Source: Eledone cirrhosa
Taxonomy: Eukaryota
Assembly (NCBI GenBank): GCA_964016885.1
Contig: OZ024746.1
Location: forward strand, 63,612,001 to 63,676,000
Reading direction: 5' to 3'
Length of the DNA: 64,000 nucleotides
Shown here: piece by piece, positions 38,001 through 51,065 of the stretch
How the letters are laid out: every line of letters starts with the position of its first letter
Position numbering within the stretch: the first letter of the stretch is position 1
Made by a program: the position numbers and the translations under genes
Notes under the pieces: model-generated
The model's input: only the letters and a program-made list of their open reading frames with translations
Database searches by the model: none
Told to the model about the DNA's origin: nothing

Positions 38001-41000
38001 TTGCTCCAGTTTACTCAGCTGTAGAAATGAGATGATAGGGACTGGGGTCGTGGAGGTGCCATGGCAAAAAAGCACCTGGCCCACACTGTAAAGTGGACGT
38101 GTAGGCGCCACGTAAAAAAAGCACCCAGCACTCACTGTAAATGAGGTTGGTGTTAGGAAGGGCATCCAGCTGTAGAAATCAAGCCAGAATCAGTTCCTGT
38201 ATGAGTAAGACATGGTCAGCCGACCGGACACTGCCAACAACAGGACAACCCGTCTAACCCATGCTAGCGTGGAAGAACGGACGTAAAACAGTGATGATGA
38301 TGATGATGGTACAGCATCATATAGATTAACATTAGTGCTATTGACAATGGTTCCCAGCGCTCAGCAATGAGGATGGGATCTCTCTCTCTCTCATCATCAT
38401 TTTACGCCTGCTTTTCCTTGCTTGCAAGGATGAGACGGGTCTTATTAAGCATGGCATCTCTCCATTTGTCATGGTCCCTTGTCATCTCCTCCATTTCTCT
38501 AATTCTATTTATTGGTGATTATCAGCTTGACAAAGTTATAATTAAAATATTGTTGATAACTTACAGCTAACTGTTGGAGCAGAACATCAATACCATCCAG
38601 TTCACCAATATATTGTCTATTTTCTGGAAAATAAAAAGGAAGCAATATGTAGTTATGTAAAATTGACAGTCTCATCTATTTGTATTAAATACACCTTGGT
38701 GGTGGTAGTCATGGTCTTCAAACCATAAGAATATATTTCCTGTCATACTGTGTGTATCCCATTTAGAAGAGTTGCAACATATACCTGAGTCATAAAGCAG
38801 GGATCCAAAACTCAAGGACTCATAAAGGCCATTACATCCTGGGGAAAAGGCACAGTGGTCCAAAAGTGAGATGGGGTCAGGGGTGATTTATATCAGTTAT
38901 CATGCTATTCTGCAATACACTGATAGGCTATTTATTTATTTTTAAATGTTAGCATTAAGTTGGCAGGTCAAGCTAAATACTGCTGCTGCAAGTATATGAA
39001 AGAGGCAAGTTTTAGGAAAATGTTTGTCACGAAAATTGTTCTGCCATGGGTCATAGAAAAATAGTTAGTAGGCTGCATGTTTGAGACACCTGGTCATAAA
39101 GGGTGACATCTGACTGTAAAATACTGTTATAAAAAGACCTCATATCATGGGGTTCTCAAGGTTAACTTCTACTTTAGAGACGAAAATAACCTTAAAATGT
39201 TTATTGTTGTGTTATTTTCTGTCAGTACAACAGTAATCTAATCAAGTTTTTTTTTCTCTTACTGATTGTGCAATCTACAAGATATGTTCTTAGAAGCCCA
39301 CTTTAGCAGATTCAGCATGGTCATTACTATTTGTGTTTGGGTTTTAGAGGCTCAGTCTTAAGACTGAGCATGTTACCTTTAGCTTCCTTAATTTCAGGCT
39401 TCTCTTCTATATCTGTAAATTCTTCTTTACTTCAATTCAATAAGATCCATATTATCTGTATACATAAGTTCCAACAGGTAAATAATTGGCAGAGTCATTA
39501 TAGTGTTGGATTAAATGTTTTTCAGTATCTGTTTAGGCTCTCTGTCCACCGAGTTCAAATCCCACTTTGCTTTATGTCCTTCAGGGATGGAAAAATAAAG
39601 TATTTGTCCATAACAGTGGATTGATGGAATTATTAGAGTACTGGAAGGGAAGCCTTACAGTATTTATTCTGGCTATGTCTGTCCAGGCTTCCAATCCTGC
39701 ATCCTGACACTGCAACAAATGGTGACATGATAGAACTGGAGACCCTATCATTAAAGCACACAAAAGACATATGAAATTCAACCTAATAGGAGGTTTGCTA
39801 CACCTATGCAAGAGTGAGCTGTAACAATAAATCAAAATTAGTAACTAATATTGAATTCCTTATAAAGTGTTTCAAGGATAGGGTTAAGAAAAGTGTACAA
39901 GTAGAGCTTTGTGAGGTGTATACGTGCAGTACAAACCCCTCACTTAAATACATGGTTAAATTCACTTACCATCGTGATTTTGAAGAAGGATTGACATTAT
40001 TTCACAAGCATATAGTTTATTGGCATCAAAGGGAATTTTAGCCTGAAATCAAATCATGAGCGTAGGCTTTTTAACACAAAAGATTTTATTCATGTTAACA
40101 AAATAAATTTTGAGCTTATCTAAGATAAATTCATACCATATATGTAAAATTTCACCAACATTATTATCATTACAATTACACTTATCAAAAACAATTATAT
40201 TACTATACTCTAGCAGTGTATACTTACCAAAGGCAGTTTTAATTCTGCTAGAAATTCACCTCATGTTTAGTTATAACCTATTTTGTTTCAGTAGTGAGTG
40301 AATAAATGTCACTGATGACAGATAAAAATCTAGAAATAACTGTCTTGATTTCTCACTGCTACTGATATAGCTGTGACATGATCATAGCTTTTTAAAAATT
40401 CACAGCGAAACTCTATGTTTATCATACATAAACATACTGCAACTGCTTTCATGTACACACACACCCCTATGATGAACCACGCTATGTTAGTTCTACTTCT
40501 AAATATATATATATTTCTTAAGAAAATGGTTACAGTGGGTTTTAACTTATATCACTTGAGCCACTTTACTTTGCAGATGAACCAGTATTGAAACTGTGCA
40601 GTGACTGCTACCTTTCTCTTTGGAAATAAAATTTATACTTTGCTCACATGCACTAAGTGCTTATTCAGATAATGTTTGACTGTCCTATGTATGTTTATAA
40701 AACAACCACTTCTCTCTTTCTGTGAGTATGTGTGTGTGTATATATATATACACACACCATGTACTAGCATAAAATAAATATGTAGATAATCTGACCTTTA
40801 CTGAGGGAGACAAATTTTTTGTTGCCAACAGAGGAAATAGTACCCCGAAATTTTATAAAAAAATTATAGTACTATGCCAAATCATGTTTCTTTGATCATA
40901 GGTCTGTTAGCTTAGGACTAACTGTGGCTAAACAGAAATACTCAGTTATAGAAATTTAGATACACACACATATATATATATACACTTCAATATCAGTAGT

Positions 41001-43731
41001 TCTTATCATTGTAGTAAATGTATATCCAGGTTAAGGCACAAGAAAAATCACAGCAAAAAAACCAAACAAACAGCAACAATAAGAATAAGACTACAAAGTT
41101 AATATAATTAAATTGTGAAGGAAAGGAAGTTATCTCTTTCCTTCACAGTATAATTAAATTGTCTTTGTCCTCTTGTCCTTTGTTTTGATTTGCCTTGTTT
41201 TTGCTTGTCTTAATTTGGATATATATATCAGAAAACAGCACAGCTCCCATGACTTTCGGAAACATTTTTTCACGCTTAGAGTTGCTGAAGCATGGAACAA
41301 ACTGCCTGCGTCAGTTGTTAGCTGCCGAGACACTGCATCATTTAAAACCCTCATGCTTCCCGAAATTCGCCAAAAACTACACCTGATGTCCCCCTTCCAT
41401 ACACATGCACACATGTGTATATCATGACTCATGCACTGTTCATTTTCCTGACGTTTGTACATTGCCCTATGTACTATGCATACTTTTGATGAGTTGTAGT
41501 GCACCTAAGCACTGTACACAATATTTTCATTATTATTATTATTAGAATGGGAGAATTCCCAGCTCTGTGAGCCGAGGAGCGGTGGCGCTGCTGAGAAAGG
41601 ATCCGAACAAGGGGGATAACATAGATAATTTCATCCCCATAACTCTGCTAAACACAAAGTTCAAGATTTTGGCCGAGGTGCTAGCAAAGAGGTTGGCGCT
41701 TATCGTTTGTGGTCTGGTGGGAGAGGCGCAGACATGCGCCATTCCCAACAGATCCATCCACGACAACCTCCACCTCATGCGATACATTGTGGAGAGGGTA
41801 GCTAGGGAACCTGGCACGGGTGGGTCCTTGATTAATTTAGATCAGTCGAAAGCTTTCGATAGGGTCGACCATCGTTACCTAGCGGCAGTCCTGATGGCAG
41901 CTGGCTTTGGGCCCCGTCTTCAGAGGCTGGATCGCTGCCATGCACAGCGACATCTGCTCTGTGGTGGGAGTGAACGGTCACCTTTCGGAACCGTTCAACA
42001 TCATGCGCTCGGTCCGTCAAGGATGTCCCCTCTCGTCCCTCTTGTACATATTGACTTTCGAGCCATTACTGCACAAACTGGAGACGTTGAGGGGTGTCCT
42101 GCGCGAACTAGGATGCGGATGATGTCACCGTAGTGGTGTTGAACGCCAAACACATTGAGGCGATCGGCACTACACTAAGAGAATATGAAGCGGTGACAGA
42201 AGCAATGACCAACCAGGAAAAGTCAGTGGGCCTGCAGCTCGGCACCTGGAGAGGCAGGTCCATGCCGTCCAACAGCGTCGTCGGGCGCTGGACGGACGGA
42301 CCGGTTAAATTGCTAGGGGTCTGGTTCGATCCGGACCTCCAGACGGACAAAAACTGGGACGAGGTGACGAGCAGGGTGGCTTCTCTCACCCAGAAATGGG
42401 CGGAGAGGAAGCTATCCCTGAAAGGTCGAGCGGAGGTGGCTAACGCGTACATCGCGTCCGTCATCTACTACCACCTGACTGTCGTACCTTGTCCTAAGCC
42501 CCGCCTGACTGCGCTGGAGCGTTTGCTCTTTCGCTTTTTGTGGAAGGGACGCGCTCCGATGGTCAGGCGGTCCATCTGCTGTCAACACCCGCTACGTGGA
42601 GGGCTGGGCATGCCGTGGCTGATGATGCAGACACGCGCTCAGGCTACATCTCCACCTCTTCCTTGACGATGATGAGGTGAGGTCGCCGTTTGCTAGACAC
42701 GTCTTTCCCCAGCTCGTCTCCTTGACGGAGCTGCAGTCCTGGGTCAAGCGAAGACCGAGAGGGAGCGCTTGGAGACTGGAATGTCTTCAGGCGCTCACAG
42801 CCCTCGACCAATCGGGCAATGTGATCGGTGGAAACTCCACCTTGGCGTTCTATAGAGGATTAGTGGAGGGGAAGAGCGACGACGTACTTGGGGAAACTCT
42901 AGGCGTCGACGAAAATCAACTAGCCAATCTCTTCGGAAGAACTTTCGGGCCGGGGCCTATGGACAACTTCCAGAAATCCCTGGCCTGGCAGTGCTACCGA
43001 GGAGCTTTGCCAGTTCGGGATAAACTCTACAGGCATGAGGTGCCGTAGCCGGGCATGTACGAGATGTGCGTAGGGCGATGAAACCGTCCTGCACGCACTC
43101 GTCTAGTGTCCGAGCATTGCTGACTTGTGGGTTTATGTCGAACACCTGCTGTTGCGTGTAGGAAGGATCCAGCTAGCAGCTGAGTCCATCATGAGGATTG
43201 CCCCGCCCTCTTCCTTTAGCCGGGAAGGGCAGGCAGTTTTTATCTGTCTGGTGGCCATGGCGAAGGAGATAGTATGGTGGACACGTTTGAAAGGGCTGAA
43301 GACGAGCACTTACCTCTTCGGTGATGCCCTGATTAACTTTTTCAAATTTCATTTGAAAAGGAAAATCAGGGTAGAGAGGGAAGTGCTCTCTTCCCAGCAT
43401 TTTGTTGAAAGATGGGTGAGAGAGGCAAGAATGGCCCGAGTGAGTGTGTGTCTGTAAATTAAAGGTGGAAAACTGGGAGAGGGCACTTGCCCTGGTGGGC
43501 AGGATCACTGTGGCTTTTTAATGGGCTTTCTCCACAAATGTCCCTCGGAAGTCTCCCCCGTATTGGGGAATTTTTCATTGTTATTTTTTTTGTTACATCC
43601 TATGTTTTTGTTTTTTACACGCAGAAATGCCCATTTGTAACGTCTTGTATTGTCCTTAATGTCTACTTTATGTAAACCCTTGTGGTTAATAAAGAAAGCA
43701 TTATTATTATTATTATTATTATTTTCATTAT

Positions 43732-43762
<31 letters not shown>

Positions 43763-46700
43763 TTTATTAACTCAAAATAGTTTGTACCTTAACAGTGATC
43801 TTTAAACACTCCTTCAATCATAAAATAATGTGTATGTCATATAAACATAAAACTGTTTAGTTAGTACATATAACAGACAAGAGAAATACTTGCTGAATTA
43901 TTGATGTTAAAGCAATGGATTTTTACCTTAGTTACTGTGTAGAATTAAAAGAGCTGTAGCAAGCTACATGTACCAGTAATTCATTAGTCAATTTTTATTC
44001 TCTTGCTAAAATGACAAGATATGCACAAAACACTTATAAAATCAAATTTTACCTTCAACCGTTTTAGAATCCATTGCATTAAACCTTGTTGAGAAGAATC
44101 TGGGCAAATCTCAGGACGGAACTCTGTGAGGTTTTCCATGATACCTGATAAAGTATTCAACACCATATTTCAATTACTTATATAAAACCATATGGTAGCA
44201 TAAAATAAAATACGCAAATAAACTTCCCTTTACAACAGAGGATTAGTTCCCTGAACTTTTATAGAAAATTTATAGTACTAAGTCAAATCATTTTCTTTGA
44301 TCATAGGTCTGTGCCTCAAGACTAACTTGTGGCTAAACAACAACAACAGTTATAGAAATTTAATGGAAAACATTACCTAAGGAATTATGTACACCATCTG
44401 CCTCTTCCTTCACAGTTTCATCGAGTCTTTCCAGATTTTGAACCAGCAAAGCTACGATCTGTCCATCCAACTGTGAATATACACACATAAAAATCATGAG
44501 AAAGAGAGAAAGAGATGGAGAGAGTAGGGATAGAAGAGGGAGAGAGTAAGGAGAGTGTGTGTGAATGAGTACGCGTATGAAAAAAATAAGGTAATGTAGA
44601 CAATTACATATTTATTATCATGTGGATAATGGATCTCAATAACGACTTTATGTGATGGTGTCTTTGGATGATGCATCACACTTCTATATTAATTTATACA
44701 GCTAGAAATAGAAACAATGAAACTTGGTTGGAGCTAGGAAAATCATTATATTTCTTAATTATTTATTTATGCAAGAAAATGTAATAAATATATCTTGATA
44801 ATATAAAGCTATGTGAAGTTACACAAAGCAACTAAACAAGAAGTGAAGTTCAGTGATTTAAGTTAGAGACATCATAAATCAAGTTTATTTGGTGAATTTT
44901 AAAGAATGTGTTCACATACTATTTTACTGATGTCAGTAATTAGGCAGCGACCAAGCTGGTGGTACCAGCTTCGCAATCATCAGTTATATCAAGCCTGGTA
45001 TTTGATCTGGTAATTATTTAACATCCATGAGCCTAGCTGGTCTCACTTGAGGATCCAGTTGGATCAATGGGAGATGGTTGCTTCTGATAGAAGGCATGCT
45101 TGAGAACGCTGCCCCCACAACCCTCCCAGGAATAAGGCAAAAAAGAATAATTATTTATCGACCCCAGAAAGAGGAAAGATAAAATAAATATGAGCATAAG
45201 ATTATTTGAATCTAGAACCACATGATTCAAAACTGAGTGATTTAACCACATAGTCTTGAGAGATATTGGACACATATGATAGTGTTAGGAACTGGAGATT
45301 AACTCTTTTGATACCAACCTCAACAAAACCAGCCCTACTTCATCATCATCATCATCATTTTACGTCCACTTTTCTCTGCTTGCAAGGGTGGGATGGGAAC
45401 TGATTCTGGCTTGATTTCTACAGCTGGATGCCCTTCCTAACACCAACCTCATTTACAGTGAGTGCTGGGTGCTTTTTTTTTCTGTGGCGCCTCCACGACC
45501 ACTTTGCAGTAGAATATGGACCCCAGTCCCTATCATCTCATTTCTACAGCTGAGTAAACTGGAGCAATGTGAAATAAAGTGTCTTGCTCAAGGAAACAAC
45601 ACATCACCCGGTCTGAGAATTGAACTCACAACCTTTCGATTGCAAGGCCAATGCTCTAACCACTAAGTCATGTGCCTCCATGAAACAAAACCTCACCATT
45701 TTAAATGGTTCCTATTTAACTCTTTAGCATTTACATTATTCTATATTTAGTATTTACAGTAAAGGCTTTATTTCACATAATTATCTCACATAATATCAAA
45801 TCTATGAGATTTTAATGTTATTTATTTTGAGAACAATACCTTAATGTAGGTATGAGTGGCTGGTTATGGCCAGTTGGAACAGAAAGAGGTGAGAGAATTC
45901 TAGCCGGATATGGCAGGTTTAAATTAAAATCGTCCAATCTTTTAAATTTCAAATCAACCAAACACCTCGGTAACTCATAAGATTTCTTCCAATAGAATTT
46001 TATATAAGAACCATATGCAAAGTTACTATCATAGTAATAAAATATAATGTATTTCATTAGAAAAGCAGTTAGGAAAGGGTTAAAACTGAATGAAGTATTA
46101 TTGTTACTTACTAATGCATCAACAAGAGCTGTTGCTCCATCTTCACTTTCATTTAAAGTATCAACATCAGTTAGTTCCTGGATGAGATCAACTACAGCAA
46201 TTGAAATATGTGACAGTGTCAAGGAAAACAACCAAATGAACAATGATAAGAACTTTGTTTTTCTTTAGGCTCTCTGCATTCTGAGTTCATATCCCAGTGA
46301 GGACAACTTTGCTTCTCATCCTTTCAAGTTTGATTAACCTTTTAGCATTTACATTACTTTATATATGCTATTATATTTTCACGGTAAAGGCTTTACCTCA
46401 CATAATTATCTCACATAATATCGAATCTACAACATTTTGAGAACAATATCTTAATACCAGTATGAGTGGCTGGTTACAGCCGGTTTGAACAGAAAGAGAT
46501 GAGAGGATTCTGGTCGGATATGGCCGGTTTAAATAAAGTACCAGTCCTGAGTGGCAGATTAGTGGAATTGTTAGAGCATTGTACATGATACCTTATGATG
46601 TTTATTGTCTCCTTGCATTTTGTGTTCAAATCCCACTATGGCTTACTTGGGAGGCAAACTTAATTCATTGACTTTATTTTCATCCTTTTAAGGTCAATAA

Positions 46701-49700
46701 ATAAAGTAACCAGTCTTCCAGGACAGTGGATTGGTGGAATTGGTAGAGTGTTAGACGAGATGCGTTGTGGTACGTTTTGGCTCTATAATTACCTCATATC
46801 ATTGTAAAAATGATGCCGTGATAGGACTGGGATCCCCATCATTAAAACAGCCAAGAGATCAACCTCATGGGAGCCCAATGAAATCATATCAAAACTTTGA
46901 ATAACTCATCTATGGCTACCACCTGCTATCTCTTTTTCAAACAAAACGCATAAGAATAAAACCCTTTTCAATTGTGGAAGTCACAAGATACTACCCATAT
47001 GAACCATACCTCAGCTCTCCCCCATAAAACCCTAAAAGATGTATAAAAAGATGATGATGATGATAAAATGAAGGAGGGTCTTAAAAAAACCCAACAATAG
47101 ATGGTAAAAGACAAGACATATGAAATGAAAACAAGTTATTGTGTAGAAAAGGATATCAGTGTTATCATGTGTCAATAGCTGTAAAAGGGACTGTACAGTG
47201 TTTAGTTCTACTAAAACATGAAAAAGTACAGGAACAGTTGCCACCACATGCATTTCATGGAGGATATCATTCAATTCCATTTCAGATTCCATAAATCTGG
47301 AAAATAATATCGTAGAATATTATAGAAGAAAGATAAAATATTTAGTAGTAGTAATAAATGAATGCAATATAATCATCATCATTTAATGTCCCTTTTCCCT
47401 GCTAGCAAGAGTTAGATGGGTTTTCACAGACTGAGTCAATACTGAAGCAAGGCTACTGAACCCCTATACAGGCCAAGAGTTCGGATCTCACTTATGTATA
47501 GTCCCACATTTTACTGAGTGAAGAAAGAAGAAATACCAAAATATACCAAATATATAACAGGAATTGATACATACATACAGCAGTATTTGCTGCCTGGCAT
47601 TTTCACTGCTACTGAGATAGTTGTGACATGGTCACAGCTTTTAAAAAATCCATAGCAAGACTCTTGTATGTTTATTGTATATAAACATATCATATATGCT
47701 TTCATATACATCCCTATGACAGTACATAGTTCTCTCTTGTACACTATAGTTGATTTTTTAGCTCATCTGTACTCTGTCATTATTGCATGCTTTACTTTAC
47801 ATATCCAATAGCGTGTGCTCTCCTTATTCCCTTTCAGCTTTAGCATGTCTTCCACATTCAATGCTCATATCTTGCTACTATATAACATTGCACTTTGTTT
47901 TATAATTTGATATATTTTCATGACACACTTAGACATTATTACCAGCACACAATTTGGACACCTCTGCTTTATAAACACCCAGCAATTATTGATTAACATT
48001 AACATATGAGAAATCTTTTCAAGTCAATATTTACTTTTCAGGCATATCAGGAAATTTGACTCTCATTTCTTGATTTTTGTAGGCTCGTTTTTCAAATTGA
48101 AGTAACATTCTTTTCAGAGAGATTTCATCAAGAACATCAATCTATAAAGTAAACAGAAAATATTTGAGTTATATTTTAACACAGCTTTAAGAAGTTTAGC
48201 AAATGTAAAGATTTAGACCATGTTTGCTTATCAAACTGATCCTGTTTAGCCATAGCATACTCTTTTCCTGATTATAGTCAGTAGACTGTGGCTATGTTGG
48301 GGCATACTGCCTTCAAGGGTTTGCTACGAGAAAAGCAAGGTGATAGTGATGAGGACGCAATAAAAAAATACCCAGTTCACCCTGTAGGGTCATAATGCTG
48401 GTAATGTGCCATCATAAAATGCTCATTGTAAAGTTATTAGTATTAGGAAGTACATCCAATCATAGAAACCATGCTAAACATGGTCACATAGCTGGTCAAG
48501 CTACAGAGTGTGACAACCAGTATAACCCATGCCAATGTAAAAGATAAACATTAAACGATGGTGATGATGATAATGATAAAGATGTTTTTTGAAATATTTT
48601 GTCAACAACAAAATTTTCTATTGTCTTTTCAAAAAACATTTTAATGTTTTGACCCTTAAAATTATTAACCCTTCTTTCTGTACTAATTGTGAGTCTTGCT
48701 AATCAGGTCCTGTATTGGTACCCCCATGGAAAGAGGCAAAGTGGACGTACCAAGATGAACTGGTAGCAAACAATCAACAGGGACCTGAAACCTGTCAACA
48801 AAAGTTGGAATAATGTATTGATAGATGGTATTGACCGTGGTCATTGGAGACTCTGGCTGCCTCATGTTTCCCAAGATGCAGGAGCTTCTAAGTCTAAGTG
48901 TACTAATTGACATGATAATATATGCAGCAACCTCTACATTTAACTTCTACAAGAATGAAAACAACCCAACTTTAAGCACAATAATAGCTGTAGGACAGAG
49001 TAGTCTTTGATATAATAGTAAATGAGATTTTGGGAAGAAATATAACATATTTATTGATAATAAAAGGCATTGTAGACATTCTTACTAGGAAGAATATCTA
49101 AGAATAGTAAACTATTTAGTATATTAAGTTATAGGTTTACAAAAATATATAGACTTATTGCCAAATGAATTCTTAAGATATTTTTCCCAAGGTCAAATTT
49201 GTGGATCTTTATCAGAATTCATTTAAATCTATTTCCTGAGATGTCTACCAGGAAACAGTTCATAATTATTACCAAGGAAAAAATACTTAATTTATATATA
49301 GCTAAGGTAGTCTCCATAATTGTGCAAATTTGAAAACTTGGTAGGGGGTGTGTAAAATGAATTGGTGTTGGTTTTCCATGTCTGAAATAAAGAAGAGCAT
49401 TTGTGTGATCCTCCAGAGGGGGCTGGTGGGTTCATATTCATTGTTAGGAATGCTCCAACTTTGTATTCCATACAGAACAACATCAGGCCCATAACAACTG
49501 TATTAGAAGTTGTAGTGTTTATTGTGATAGAGATTGAGTTAGCAGTTACAACATATTTGTGTTGTGGTATTGATTGGTCTATGTGGCTATGGTGGTGGGT
49601 GAGGGGGCGAATGGGAGATGGCGAAAGAGAAACATGTTGTTTGACCTCTGCAGTAATGTATATGATGGTCATAGTTGGAGGGAAAAAGCAAGGGATGACA

Positions 49701-51034
49701 TTATGTTTGATGAATGAACAACTTCCTTGTGCTTATGATAGTATGTGAAGTGACAGGATGAGGGGTGGAGAAAAGGAGGCATGTGGGGGACTGAAAAAAA
49801 AAAAAAATATATATAGGTGCATGGCTTGCAATCAAAAGGTTGTGAGTTCAATTCTCGGACCGGGTGATGTGTTGTTTCCTTGAGCAAGACACTTTATTTC
49901 ACATTGCTCCAGTTTACTCAGCTGTAGAAATGAGATGATAGGACTGGGGTCCCTATCATTCCACTGCAAAGGGGTCGTGGAGGTGTCACGGCAAAAAAGC
50001 ACCCAGCCCACACTGTAAAATGGACGTGTAGGCGCCACGTAAAAAAAGCACCCAGCACTGTAAATGAGGTTGGTGTTAGGAAGGGCATCCAACTGTAGAA
50101 ATCAAGCCAGAGTCAGTTTCCGTATTAGCAAGACAAGGTCAGCCGACTGGACACTGCCCACAACAGGACAACCCATCTAACCCATGCTAGTGTGGAAGAA
50201 TGAACGTAAAACGATGATGATGATGATAGTAAGGCATCCAGCCCACACTGTAAACTGGTTGTGTAGATGTCATGATAAAAAGAGCCCAGCCTACACTGTA
50301 AAGTGGTTGTGTAGGTATCATGACAAAAAAGCACCCAGCACACATTGTAAATGTGGTTGGTATTAATTAATATATATTAATATTTTTGAAACAATAAAAC
50401 TTTAGAGGAACATCACCAGTTTGGCTTCCTCTTATTTTAATCAAACTTATATACACATATATATATACATGTACGTACATACATACATAGACATACACAC
50501 ACACATACATACACAAGTTCAATGTTGTGCTGTTATTATCAGTAATCATGCAGACCAAATTAATCTGAAGTAAAAATCCTAGAGGTAAGATCTGAAAAAA
50601 GTGAATATTTAGAATATCACAGATCATAAATGTGTGTTAAACAAGATATATTGTTGTACTAAATGAATTAAAAAGCAGCTATATGTAGGTTTATAATGAA
50701 ACTTTTCTCAGAATGTTACTTTTAAGAAAAGTCTAAATAGTGATATTTATATATTTTACTAGATTATTATCCCAGTAAAAATCTTTTTTTTTTTTTTTTA
50801 CTAAAAGTGATTATTAGTATTATTATTAATTTTATTGATAGTAATTACTAACCTCAGGATCTTCATCTTCCACTATCTGAGCAATTTTGACTCGAGTCTC
50901 TTCAGATAACTGAGACTCAGCTTTCATGAGATCAATTTCAGATGATCTGCTTCTCTTAGAATACTCACTCCCATTTTCATGTTCATCTTCATAGTGTCGC
51001 TGTCTCTTATGACTAAATCCAGGTTTTTCTGGCT

Positions 51035-51065
<31 letters not shown>

